A stretch of DNA of 60,309 nt, from positions 1 to 60,309 of the forward strand of contig JBDSEG010000293.1 of the NCBI GenBank assembly GCA_039920165.1, in the 5' to 3' direction. The stretch's first letter is position 1, and each line of letters starts with the position of its first letter. Made by a program: the position numbers and the translations under genes. Source of the DNA: Burkholderiaceae bacterium. Its GTDB lineage: Bacteria > Pseudomonadota > Gammaproteobacteria > Burkholderiales > Burkholderiaceae_C. This document shows positions 7,611 to 16,429 of this stretch, in pieces. The notes beneath the pieces were generated by a model. The model did no database searches, had not been told where the DNA came from, and saw nothing but the letters and a program-made list of their open reading frames with translations.

Positions 7611-9218
7611 ATGACCGAACATACCAAGACCGACGGATTGCCGGGCCTGACCGCCGAGCCGACGGTGCCGGCCGAGCCGGCGGCTGGTTTTCTGGAGCGT
7701 TCGCGCCCGCGCAGCGAGCGCATGGCGAGCGACAAGATCGAGTGCAACGCCTGCCCGGTGCTGTGCCAGATCGGACCCGGCAAGTCCGGCGCCTGCGACC
7801 GTTATGCAAATGCCGACGGCGCGCTCGTGAGGGTCGATCCGGTGCTGCTGCTGCGCCGCACGCTCGAAGCCGAGGCCGGAGCACCGGCGCTCGTCGCCTT
7901 CAATGCCGATGCCGGCGCCGGCTGGGACGGCGACCTGCTGCACGCTGGCGAGCTGTTCGTCACCGGCGTCGGCGCCTCGACGACCTACCCCGACTACAAG
8001 CCCGCCCCCTTCATCGTGACGTCGATGGTCGACGGCGTCGATACCGTCACCGTCGTCACCGAAGGCATCTTCAGCTACTGCAGCCTGAAGGTGAAGATCG
8101 ACACCGACCGCTACCTCGGCGCCGAGCAGGCCAACGTGCGCTGCAAGGGCGAAGTGGTGGGCCACGTGACGACGGCCGAATACGGCTCGCAGATGCTGTC
8201 GCTCGGCGGCGTTCACCACCTCACCGGAGGAAGCAAGAAAGAGGGCCGGATCGCCTGCGAGGTCATGGAGCTGCTCGGCAACCGCCAACCGGTCGAGCTC
8301 GCGATCGACGGCGGCTCGCAGATCGTTGTGCAAGCCGGGCGCGCGCCCATCGTCGGCGGTGTTGAAGAGCAACGCATGCGCGTGGGCTGCGGCTCGGCCA
8401 CCATCGGCATCTTCGCGCGCCAGTTCCACGGCCGCGCCGACGAGGTGATCGTCGTCGACGACCACATCACCGGCGTGCTGACCGAGCACCAGGCCGGCCG
8501 CTGCCTGGATATGCGGCGCTCGGGAGTGAAGTTGCGCGGTCGCAAGTCGACGCCGGGACGCTATTTCCAGGTCGCCAATCCCGGCACCGGCTGGGGCGGC
8601 ACCGACCTGACCGATCCCATGGCCATCGTCGAGGGTTTCGATCTCGCACACGCCTGGCCCGGCATGCGCTTGCTGATGACCTCGACCACCGGCGAGCACT
8701 CGGCGTGGTATGTGCTCGACGACGCGCTGGTTCCGCACGAAGAGACGATGCCCCCGGCACTGCAAGCGGTCGTCGACCGCATCGGCGAGAACTGCGAGCC
8801 CTCGCTGTGCAGCGTGCTGTTTCTCGGCGGCGCCGGCGGCAGCCTGCGCGCCGGCGTCAGCGACAACCCGGTGCGTCTGACGCAATCGATCAAGCGCGCG
8901 CTCGTCAACGTCACCTGCGGCGGTGCGCCGGCCTATGTGTGGCCGGGCGGCGGCATCACCGTGATGGTCGACGTGATGCGAATGCCCGAGCGCAGCTTCG
9001 GCAGCGTTCCCACGCCGGCCATCGTTGCGCCGATCGAGTTCAGCATGCGGATGTCGGACTACCGCGACCTCGGCGGTCACGTCGGGCACGTGCGCACGCT
9101 GCATGACGTGCTGCGCACCGGCTCGTGGCACGCCGACGGCGCACCACGCGCCTGGCGCAGCGAAGCGATGGGGGCGGCCAATCCCTGGCCGCTCGGGCAG
9201 GCACCCTTGCTCGGCTGA
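7611..9218 (+). CDS. 6-hydroxynicotinate reductase-like iron-sulfur protein
   Basis: N-terminal Cys cluster CNACPVLCQIGPGKSGACDRYAN. About 500-535 aa. The call is from recalled annotation of this family together with UPF0280 / PF06684 / enamidase neighbours. An alternative start is the ATG at 7722 (MASDKIECN...). Confidence 0.55.
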   Translation: MTEHTKTDGLPGLTAEPTVPAEPAAGFLERSRPRSERMASDKIECNACPVLCQIGPGKSGACDRYANADGALVRVDPVLLLRRTLEAEAGAPALVAFNADAGAGWDGDLLHAGELFVTGVGASTTYPDYKPAPFIVTSMVDGVDTVTVVTEGIFSYCSLKVKIDTDRYLGAEQANVRCKGEVVGHVTTAEYGSQMLSLGGVHHLTGGSKKEGRIACEVMELLGNRQPVELAIDGGSQIVVQAGRAPIVGGVEEQRMRVGCGSATIGIFARQFHGRADEVIVVDDHITGVLTEHQAGRCLDMRRSGVKLRGRKSTPGRYFQVANPGTGWGGTDLTDPMAIVEGFDLAHAWPGMRLLMTSTTGEHSAWYVLDDALVPHEETMPPALQAVVDRIGENCEPSLCSVLFLGGAGGSLRAGVSDNPVRLTQSIKRALVNVTCGGAPAYVWPGGGITVMVDVMRMPERSFGSVPTPAIVAPIEFSMRMSDYRDLGGHVGHVRTLHDVLRTGSWHADGAPRAWRSEAMGAANPWPLGQAPLLG

Positions 9219-9227
9219 TCGAATCGC

Positions 9228-10103
9228 ATGCCCGCCGCCCGCACTCCCCTGCCCGGCGCGCGCTGGCACTTCCAGCACGGGCCGATGGATATCGTGATCG
9301 GCGCCGATGGCGATTCCGACTTCGTCGCGCGCGCGCATGAAGCCGCCTGGCGGCGTTTCGTCCCGCTGCTTGACGAACTGGTGGCCGAGCTGCCGCTGCT
9401 GCGCGCGCCGGTGCGCGGCGCTTGCACCTTGCAAGGCCCGGTGGCGCGCCGCATGTGGCGGGCTTGCGCGCCGTTCGCCGCCGGTTTCATCACGCCGATG
9501 GCCTCGGTAGCCGGTGCGGTCGCGCAGGAACTGGTCGCCTGCTATCGAGGCCCCGGCATCGATCGCGCTTTCGTCAACAACGGCGGCGATATCGCGCTGC
9601 ATCTCGCGCCGGGACAGTCGCTTCGCGTCGGGCTCTACGCCGACCTGGCGCGGCTCGATGCGCGCCAGTTGCACCACGGCATCGCGGTCGACGGCGCGAT
9701 CGACATCACCCACGCGATGCCGGTGCGCGGTGTGGCGACCAGTGGCTGGCGTGGGCGCAGCTATTCGCTCGGCGTCGCCGACAGCGTGACCGTTCTCGCG
9801 GCCACGGCGGCGATGGCCGACGCCGCGGCGACAGTGATCGCCAATGCAGTCGACGTGGCCGATGCGCGCATCGTGCGGCGACCGGCTTGCGAGCTAAAGG
9901 ACGACAGCGATCTGGGCGCCATCCCGGTCACCGTCGATGTGCCGCGGCTCGACGCCACCGCCGTTCGCGCGGCCTTGCTACGCGGCCTGGCACAGGCGCA
10001 GGGCTTGCAAGCCGAAGGACTCGTCGAAGCTTGCGCCCTCGTCTGTCAGGGCCTCATGATGCGCACCGGACCGTCCATCACCACCGAAGCCATCGCTGCA
10101 TGA
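9228..10103 (+). CDS. UPF0280-family protein (ApbE-like fold, function unknown)
   Basis: 291 aa, with segments FITPMASVAGAVAQE and RGVATSGWRGRSYSLGVADSVTVLA. It starts 10 nt after the hnr-like stop, and its stop overlaps the next start (ATGA). Confidence 0.55.
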   Translation: MPAARTPLPGARWHFQHGPMDIVIGADGDSDFVARAHEAAWRRFVPLLDELVAELPLLRAPVRGACTLQGPVARRMWRACAPFAAGFITPMASVAGAVAQELVACYRGPGIDRAFVNNGGDIALHLAPGQSLRVGLYADLARLDARQLHHGIAVDGAIDITHAMPVRGVATSGWRGRSYSLGVADSVTVLAATAAMADAAATVIANAVDVADARIVRRPACELKDDSDLGAIPVTVDVPRLDATAVRAALLRGLAQAQGLQAEGLVEACALVCQGLMMRTGPSITTEAIAA

Positions 10104-10756
10104 ACCGCACCTTGATCGAAGTCCGACGCATCCTCACCACGGTCGAGGATATCCACCACGAGTTCGGCCCCGCACCGGTGCAGCCGTTGCGGCGCGGTGC
10201 GATCGCCGTGGTGCTGACCAATCCGTACGCCGGGCTCTATGAGCCCGACATCCTGCCGATGATGCAAGCGCTCAACCCGATCGGCGCGGATCTGGCGCGC
10301 CAGCTGCACGCGGCGATGGACGTGCCGGTCGAGCGCATCGCCGGGTACGGCAAGGGCGCCATCATCGGCAGCGCCGGCGAGCTCGAGCACGGCGCGCTGT
10401 GGCATGTACCGGGCGGCTATGCGATGCGCGAGTTGCTCGGCTGGAAGGGCGCTGCGGCAGCGTATGCGCAGGGCGGCGGCGGCGAGACATCGACTGGCCA
10501 GCCCGGCAACGGCCTCGCCATCGTGCCTTCGACCAAGAAGGTCGGCCCGCCCGGCTGCGCACTCGACGTGCCGCTGACACATATCAACGCTGCCTATGTG
10601 CGCAGCCATTTCGATGCGATCGAGGTCCGCGTGCCGGGCGCGCCGGCCGCCGACGAGCTCGTCTATATCCTCGCCATGAGCTGCGGTGCGCGGATCCACG
10701 CGCGCGTCGGCGGCCTCGCGGCGGACCAGATTTCGAAGTGGGACGGTCTGCGCTGA
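10100..10756 (+). CDS. 'Amino acid synthesis' family protein (PF06684/DUF1185-like), paralogue 1
   Basis: Segments IRRILTTVEDIHHEFG...GYGKGAIIGSAGELEHGALWHVPGG...VPSTKKVG...DVPLTHINAAYVRSHFDAIEVRV...ARVGGL. It is clearly paralogous to the next gene. Confidence 0.65.
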   Translation: MNRTLIEVRRILTTVEDIHHEFGPAPVQPLRRGAIAVVLTNPYAGLYEPDILPMMQALNPIGADLARQLHAAMDVPVERIAGYGKGAIIGSAGELEHGALWHVPGGYAMRELLGWKGAAAAYAQGGGGETSTGQPGNGLAIVPSTKKVGPPGCALDVPLTHINAAYVRSHFDAIEVRVPGAPAADELVYILAMSCGARIHARVGGLAADQISKWDGLR

Positions 10757-10775
10757 ACCGAACTGGAGAAACCCG

Positions 10776-11360
10776 ATGTCCGCCCAGATCCGCAAGCTCA
10801 TCGTCCAGGTCGACGAGATCCGTCGCGAGATGGACCGCCCGGTCGACCCTCCCACGCGCCGCGCGCTGGCGTGTGCCGTGATCGACAACCCCTGTGCCGG
10901 CCGCTATGTCGAGAAGCTCGACGAGCTGATGGCGATCGGCGAGGAACTCGGCGCCCTGCTCGGCGCGCGCTGCATCAAAGCACTCGGCATCGAACCTGGC
11001 CAGGCGCACAGCTACGGCAAGGCGGCGATCGTCGGCGAGGCCGGCGAAATCGAGCATGCGGCGGCCATCCTGCACCCCAAGCTCGGCGCGCCGCTGCGCG
11101 TGGCGGTCGAAAGAGGCGCGGCGCTGGTCCCATCGGCCAAGAAGCGCGGCGGCCTCGGCACCGCGATCGACGTGCCGCTTGGCCACAAGGACGCCGCCTT
11201 CGTGCGCAGCCACTTCGATGCGATGGAAGCGCGGGTATCCGATGCGCCGCGTGCCAACGAGATCGTGGTCTGCGTCGTTGTCACCGATAGCGGGCGCCCG
11301 CTGGCCCGCATCGGCGGATTGCAGGCGTCCGAGATCAAGGGCGAGGACGGCCTGCGCTGA
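10776..11360 (+). CDS. 'Amino acid synthesis' family protein (PF06684/DUF1185-like), paralogue 2
   Basis: Segments IRKLIVQVDEIRREMD...SYGKAAIVGEAGEIEHAAAILHPKLG...VPSAKKRG...DVPLGHKDAAFVRSHFDAMEARV...ARIGGL. A GGAGAA RBS lies 5 nt upstream. Confidence 0.65.
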   Translation: MSAQIRKLIVQVDEIRREMDRPVDPPTRRALACAVIDNPCAGRYVEKLDELMAIGEELGALLGARCIKALGIEPGQAHSYGKAAIVGEAGEIEHAAAILHPKLGAPLRVAVERGAALVPSAKKRGGLGTAIDVPLGHKDAAFVRSHFDAMEARVSDAPRANEIVVCVVVTDSGRPLARIGGLQASEIKGEDGLR

Positions 11361-11416
11361 AATCTCGAACCTCACTCGCTCACAATGCCTCACGTGCCAA
11401 CTCCAGGAGCTTTCCG

Positions 11417-12625
11417 ATGATCCAACGCAGACCTCTCGCGCTCGCCGCCATCCTCGTGCTGACCGGTCTGGCGCTGTCGTCCCAGGTCCGCGCCCAGAGC
11501 ACGATCAAGATCGGCGAGGTCAACAGCTACAAGGCGCAGCCGGCCTTTCTCGAGCCCTACAAGAAGGGCATGGAGCTGGCAATCGATGAGGTCAACGCCG
11601 CCGGCGGTGTGAACGGCAAGAAGCTCGAGCTCATCACGCGCGACGACAACGCCAACCCGGGCGACGCGGTGCGCGCCGCCGAGGAACTGATCTCGCGCGA
11701 GAAGGTCGACGTGCTGGCAGGAAGCTTCCTGTCGAACATCGGCCTGGCGATGACCGACTTCGCGAAGCAGAAGAAATTCTTCTTCCTGGCGGCCGAGCCG
11801 CTCACCGACAAGATCGTCTGGCAGAACGGCAACCGCTATACCTTCCGCCTGCGGCCGTCGACCTGGATGCAGGTCGCGATGCTGGTGCCCGAAGCGGCGA
11901 AGATGAAGAAGAAGCGCTGGGCCCTCGTCTATCCGAACTACGAGTACGGGCAGTCCGCCGCGGCGACTTTCAAGGAACTGCTGAAAGCGGCGCAGCCCGA
12001 TGTCGAATTCGTCGGCGAGCAGGCCACGCCGCTCGGCAAGGTCGACGCCGGCAGCGTCGCGCAGGCGCTCGCCGATGCCAAGCCGGATGCGATCTTCAAC
12101 GTGCTGTTCGGCGCCGACCTGTCGAAGTTCGTTCGCGAGGGCAATACCCGCGGCCTGTTCCAGAACCGCGAGGTCGTGAGCCTTCTGACCGGCGAGCCGG
12201 AATACCTCGACCCGTTGAAGGACGAATCGCCGAACGGCTGGGTCGTCACCGGCTACCCGTGGTACGCCATCCAGACGCCCGAGCACAAGGCCTTCTTCCT
12301 CGCCTACCACGGCAAATACAAGGACTATCCGCGCCTCGGCTCAGTGGTCGGCTACAGCGCGATCAAGTCGCTCGCAGCCGGCATCCGCAAGGCCAAGAGC
12401 ACCGACACCGAGAAGCTCGTCGCCGCCTTCGAGGGTCTGGTCGTCGATACGCCCTTCGGCAAGATCACCTACCGCCCCGAAGACCATCAGTCGACCATGG
12501 GTGCCTTCGTCGGCAAGACCAAGAACGAAGGCGGCAAGGGCGTGATGACCGACTACCGTTATCTCGACGGCGCGAAATACCAGCCGAGCGCTGAGGCGGT
12601 GAAGAAGATGCGTTCGGGAGTCTGA
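11417..12625 (+). CDS. ABC transporter periplasmic substrate-binding protein (LivK/Leu-Ile-Val-binding superfamily)
   Basis: Signal peptide MIQRRPLALAAILVLTGLALSSQVRAQ followed by IKIGEVNSYKAQP... An AGGAG RBS is present. The gene precedes the permease and ATPase genes. Confidence 0.85.
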   Translation: MIQRRPLALAAILVLTGLALSSQVRAQSTIKIGEVNSYKAQPAFLEPYKKGMELAIDEVNAAGGVNGKKLELITRDDNANPGDAVRAAEELISREKVDVLAGSFLSNIGLAMTDFAKQKKFFFLAAEPLTDKIVWQNGNRYTFRLRPSTWMQVAMLVPEAAKMKKKRWALVYPNYEYGQSAAATFKELLKAAQPDVEFVGEQATPLGKVDAGSVAQALADAKPDAIFNVLFGADLSKFVREGNTRGLFQNREVVSLLTGEPEYLDPLKDESPNGWVVTGYPWYAIQTPEHKAFFLAYHGKYKDYPRLGSVVGYSAIKSLAAGIRKAKSTDTEKLVAAFEGLVVDTPFGKITYRPEDHQSTMGAFVGKTKNEGGKGVMTDYRYLDGAKYQPSAEAVKKMRSGV

Positions 12626-12636
12626 TTACAAGACTT

Positions 12637-12788
12637 GGTCGCAAAGGTCGCAAAGGTCGCAAAGATTCGCAAAGGTCGCAAAGGAAAAGCAATAGAAGTC
12701 AAGACTGGGCAGCTCGCATACGCCCCCGGTCCCTTCGAGCCCTTTGCATTCTTTGCGACCTTCGCGCTCCTTCGCGAACCTTGCGTCC
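12637..12788. repeat. REP-like palindromic element, copy B (largest)
   Basis: The left arm has 5 units of GGTCGCAAA (12637-12682), followed by a unique ~58-bp core. The right arm (12741-12788) has complementary units: CCTTTGCAT TCTTTGCGA CCTTCGCGCT CCTTCGCGAA CCTTGCGTCC. Confidence 0.9.
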
Positions 12789-12830
12789 AAGAAACTGGCT
12801 CTTGAATTTCGACGAACGAGTACACCACTC

Positions 12831-14741
12831 TTGGACCTTTCCGGCCTTCTCGTTCAGTTGCTCAACGGCCTGGCCGGGGCCTCTTCGCTCTTTCTTGTCG
12901 GCGCGGGCCTCTCGCTCATCTTCGGCGTGACGCGGATCGTCAATTTCGCGCACGGGTCGTTCTTCATGCTGGGCATCTATATCGCCTATGCGCTGGTCGA
13001 CAAACTGGGCGGCACCGGTTCCTGGTTCTGGCCCTCGCTCCTGATCGCGGCACTGGCCGTCGGCGCATTCGGCGCGCTGGTCGAGGTGACGCTTCTGCGC
13101 CGCATCTACCGCGCGCCAGAGCTCTTTCAGCTGCTCGCGACCTTCGCGCTCATGCTCGTCATCAAGGACGCCGCCTTGTGGCTGTGGGGTCCGGAAGACC
13201 TGCTTGGCCCGCGCGCGCCCGGCCTTGCCGGCGCGGTGACGATCCTCGGCCGCCGCGTTCCTGAGTACGACCTGTTCCTCATCGTCGTGGGCCCGGCCGT
13301 GCTGGGTGCACTGTGGCTGTTGCTGACCCGAACCCGCTTCGGCATCCTCGTCCGCGCCGCGACGCAGGACCGCGAGATGGTTGGAGCGCTCGGCGTCAAC
13401 CAGGCCTGGCTCTTCACCGCGGTCTTCGCGCTCGGCACGATGCTCGCCGGCCTCGGCGGCGCGCTGCAGCTGCCGCGCGAGCCGGCCAACCTCGGCCTCG
13501 ATCTGCTGACCATCGGCGATGCCTTCGTGGTGGTGGTGGTCGGCGGCATGGGATCGATCCCGGGCGCCTATGTGGCAGCGCTCCTCATTGCCGAGATCAA
13601 GGCGATCTGCATCGGCATCGGCACGGTCCAGCTCTTCGGCATCGACTTCGCCTTTTCCAAGCTGACGCTGGTGGTCGAGTTTCTCGTCATGGCGATCGTG
13701 CTGGTCGTGCGGCCCTGGGGCCTGCTCGGCAAGCCGCAGGCGGGGGTGCGCGCGCAAGGCGCGGTCGAGCAACCGCTGCGTGCCGCCGACGCGGCGCAGA
13801 AGATCGGAGGCGCGCTGCTGCTCTTCGCGCTGCTGGCCTGGCCGTTCGCCACCGCGGGATCGCCCTACATGACGGTGCTCGCGATCGACCTGCTCACCGC
13901 CGCCCTGTTCGCCGCGAGCCTGCACTTCATCATGGGGCCGGCCGGCATGCACTCGTTCGGCCACGCGGCGTATTTCGGCCTCGGCGCCTACGCGGCGGCG
14001 CTCGGCGTGCGCAGCCTCGGGCTGCCGATGGAGGTCGCGCTCGTCGCCGCACCCATCGCCTCGGCGCTCGGCGCGCTCGTCTTCGGCTGGTTCTGCGTGC
14101 GCCTCTCGGGCGTCTACTTCGCGATGCTGACGCTCGCCTTCGCGCAGATCGCCTGGTCGGTCATCTTCCAGTGGGACGACGTGACCGGCGGCAGCAACGG
14201 CCTGAACGGTGTCTGGCCGGCGCCGTGGCTGGAGGACAAGCGCAGCTACTATTTCCTCACCTTGGCCCTGGTGGTTGGCGGCATCCTGCTGCTGCGCCGT
14301 GCCCTTTTCGCCCCGTTCGGAATGGCGCTTCGCGCAGGCCGCGATTCGCCCCTGCGCGCCGATGCGATCGGCATCGATGTCAAGCGTTTGCAGTGGGCCG
14401 GCTTCGTCGTCGCCGCGGTCTTCGCGGGTCTCGCGGGCTCTCTCTACGCCTTCTCGAAAGGCAGCATCTCGCCCGACTCGGTGGGCGTCGGCCGCTCGGT
14501 CGACGGCTTGGTGATGGTGCTGCTCGGCGGCGTGCAGACGCTCGCCGGGCCGATCGTCGGAGCCGTGACGTTCACCTGGCTGCAGGACGCCGTCGCGCGC
14601 AATACCGATTACTGGCGCGCCCTGCTCGGCGCGATCATCCTGCTCATCGTCCTCGCCTTTCCCCAGGGCATCGCCGGATTCTTCGGGCCGTTGTTCTCGC
14701 GACGGAAGGTGGCGATCAAAGAGGCAGCGGAACATGCATAG
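12831..14741 (+). CDS. Fused LivH/LivM-type ABC permease (branched-chain amino acid transporter family)
   Basis: The N-terminal half is LLVQLLNGLAGASSLFLVGAGLSLIFGV (LivH-like). The C-terminal half is YMTVLAIDLLTAALFAASLHFIMGPAGMHSFGHAAYFGLGAY (LivM-like). The start is uncertain: TTG 12831 was chosen because the 12744 start lies inside repeat copy B. Confidence 0.8.
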   Translation: MDLSGLLVQLLNGLAGASSLFLVGAGLSLIFGVTRIVNFAHGSFFMLGIYIAYALVDKLGGTGSWFWPSLLIAALAVGAFGALVEVTLLRRIYRAPELFQLLATFALMLVIKDAALWLWGPEDLLGPRAPGLAGAVTILGRRVPEYDLFLIVVGPAVLGALWLLLTRTRFGILVRAATQDREMVGALGVNQAWLFTAVFALGTMLAGLGGALQLPREPANLGLDLLTIGDAFVVVVVGGMGSIPGAYVAALLIAEIKAICIGIGTVQLFGIDFAFSKLTLVVEFLVMAIVLVVRPWGLLGKPQAGVRAQGAVEQPLRAADAAQKIGGALLLFALLAWPFATAGSPYMTVLAIDLLTAALFAASLHFIMGPAGMHSFGHAAYFGLGAYAAALGVRSLGLPMEVALVAAPIASALGALVFGWFCVRLSGVYFAMLTLAFAQIAWSVIFQWDDVTGGSNGLNGVWPAPWLEDKRSYYFLTLALVVGGILLLRRALFAPFGMALRAGRDSPLRADAIGIDVKRLQWAGFVVAAVFAGLAGSLYAFSKGSISPDSVGVGRSVDGLVMVLLGGVQTLAGPIVGAVTFTWLQDAVARNTDYWRALLGAIILLIVLAFPQGIAGFFGPLFSRRKVAIKEAAEHA

Positions 14742-14774
14742 AAAAACCTCCGGCAACTTCGTCGAAGTGCGCCG

Positions 14775-15539
14775 ATGAGCCTTCTCGAGATCATCGGCCT
14801 GACCAAAAACTTCGGCGGCGTTCGCGCCGTGGACGATGTGAGCTTCCAGGTCAAGGCCGGCGAGTTGCTGGCGTTGATCGGGCCGAACGGAGCCGGCAAG
14901 TCGACCACCTTCAACATGGTCAACGGCCAGCTGCGCGCCGATGCGGGTTCGATCCAGTTCGACGGCCACGAGCTCGTCGGCCGCGCGCCCCGCGCGATCT
15001 GGCGCCTGGGCGTCGGACGCACCTTCCAGATCGCCGAGACCTTCGCGTCGCTGACGGTGGTCGAGAACGTCCAGATGGCCCTGCTCTCCGCCGACGCGAA
15101 GCTGTATGCGATGTGGCTCCGCGCCACGGCCTACCGTCGCGCCGATGCGCTGGCGTTGCTCGAACAGGTCGGCATGGCGGCGCAGGCGGATCGGCCGTGC
15201 AGCGTGCTGGCTTACGGCGACGTGAAGCGGGTCGAGCTCGCGATCGCCCTGGCCAACGCGCCGCGTCTGCTGCTGATGGACGAGCCGACCGCCGGCATGG
15301 GCCCGGGCGAGCGGCGCGACCTGATGGGGCTGACCAAGCGACTGGTCGTCGAGCGCGGCCTGGCGGTGCTGTTCACCGAGCACAGCATGGACGTCGTCTT
15401 CGCGTATGCCGACCGCATCATCGTGCTGGCGCGCGGGCGCCTCATCGCGCAAGGCAAGCCAGCCGAGATCCGCGACCATCCGAAGGTACAGGAGGTCTAT
15501 TTCGGCAGCGGCAAGACCTTCGAGAAGGAACGGGCGTGA
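14775..15539 (+). CDS. ABC transporter ATP-binding protein (LivG-like)
   Basis: Walker A GPNGAGKST, signature-region YGDVKRVELA, Walker B LLLMDEP. Confidence 0.85.
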   Translation: MSLLEIIGLTKNFGGVRAVDDVSFQVKAGELLALIGPNGAGKSTTFNMVNGQLRADAGSIQFDGHELVGRAPRAIWRLGVGRTFQIAETFASLTVVENVQMALLSADAKLYAMWLRATAYRRADALALLEQVGMAAQADRPCSVLAYGDVKRVELAIALANAPRLLLMDEPTAGMGPGERRDLMGLTKRLVVERGLAVLFTEHSMDVVFAYADRIIVLARGRLIAQGKPAEIRDHPKVQEVYFGSGKTFEKERA

Positions 15540-15558
15540 GTACGGCGAGATTTTTCAC

Positions 15559-15641
15559 CGCGAAGGCGCCAGGGTCGCAAAGAACACGAAGGAATGCAGA
15601 TGTCCGTGCTCCTATTCGCGACCTTTGCGCCTTCGCGGTGG
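15559..15641. repeat. REP-like palindromic element, copy C (short, intra-operon)
   Basis: CCGCGAAGGCGCCAGGGTCGCAAAG ... core ... CGCGACCTTTGCGCCTTCGCGGTGG. It is an imperfect long hairpin between the two ATPase genes. Confidence 0.8.
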
Positions 15642-15666
15642 ATATTTCGAATTGAAAGCGCGAAGC

Positions 15667-16392
15667 ATGACCGCCCTTCTCGAAGCCAGCGGCCTCACCG
15701 CCTGGTACGGCGCGGCGCAGATCCTGTTCGGCATCGACCTGCACGTCGGCCGTGGCGAGGTGGTGGCGCTGATGGGACGCAACGGCGCCGGTAAGTCGAC
15801 CACACTGAAGACGCTGATGGGCATGCTGGAGCGGCGCGGCGGTGCGGTCGATTTCATGGGCCGCGCTATCGCCAAGCTCGATTCACATGCGATTGCCCGC
15901 CTCGGGCTCGGCTATGTGCCGGAAGACCGGCGCGTCTTCGCCGATCTGTCGGTGCTGGAGAACCTCGAGGTCGGGCGCCAGCCGCCGCGCCTCTGGCCCG
16001 ATCGGTCGGCGGCGCCGCTGTGGTCCGCCGAGGCGCTGTTCAAGCTCTTCCCCAACCTTGCCGAAATGCCCGACCGCGCTGGCGGGCGCATGAGCGGCGG
16101 CGAGCAGCAGATGCTGACGGTCGCGCGAACGCTGATGGGCAATCCCTATCTCGTGATGCTCGACGAGCCGTCGGAAGGCGTCGCACCGCTCATCGTCGAG
16201 AAAATGTCCGAGACCATCGTGGCGCTGAAGGCACAGGGTGTGAGCATCCTGTTGTCGGAACAGAACATGCATTTCGCCGAACTCGTTTCCGACCGCGCCT
16301 ATGTGCTCGAGCAGGGCCACATCCGCTGGTGGGGCACGATGGCCGAACTCGCCGCCGACGAGGCGCTGCGGCGGGCCTACCTCAGCGTCTGA
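15667..16392 (+). CDS. ABC transporter ATP-binding protein (LivF-like)
   Basis: Walker A GRNGAGKST, signature MSGGEQQML, Walker B LVMLDEP. Confidence 0.85.
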   Translation: MTALLEASGLTAWYGAAQILFGIDLHVGRGEVVALMGRNGAGKSTTLKTLMGMLERRGGAVDFMGRAIAKLDSHAIARLGLGYVPEDRRVFADLSVLENLEVGRQPPRLWPDRSAAPLWSAEALFKLFPNLAEMPDRAGGRMSGGEQQMLTVARTLMGNPYLVMLDEPSEGVAPLIVEKMSETIVALKAQGVSILLSEQNMHFAELVSDRAYVLEQGHIRWWGTMAELAADEALRRAYLSV

Positions 16393-16429
16393 AGCGCGCC
16401 TTGCACCCCAGCCACCCCGAGGAGATGCC

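Noticed and set aside
7524-9713. 729-aa minus-strand ORF covering the hnr-like and UPF0280 genes
   Set aside because: It lies antisense to two plus-strand genes with recognisable motifs. The product is R/A/G/H/D-rich low-complexity sequence, typical of shadow ORFs in high-GC DNA.
12637-12788. Possibility that the 9-bp repeat arrays are a CRISPR array
   Set aside because: The units are contiguous 9-mers with no spacers, and they are arranged as inverted arms around a core. No cas genes are present. The structure is REP/MITE-like, not CRISPR.
12699-15479. 926-aa minus-strand ORF, and the 780-aa plus-strand ORF 13313..15655, over the ABC permease and ATPase genes
   Set aside because: These are antisense or out-of-frame shadows of clearly identifiable LivHM/LivG-type genes. 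Their composition is extremely Arg/Ala/Gly/Asp-rich.
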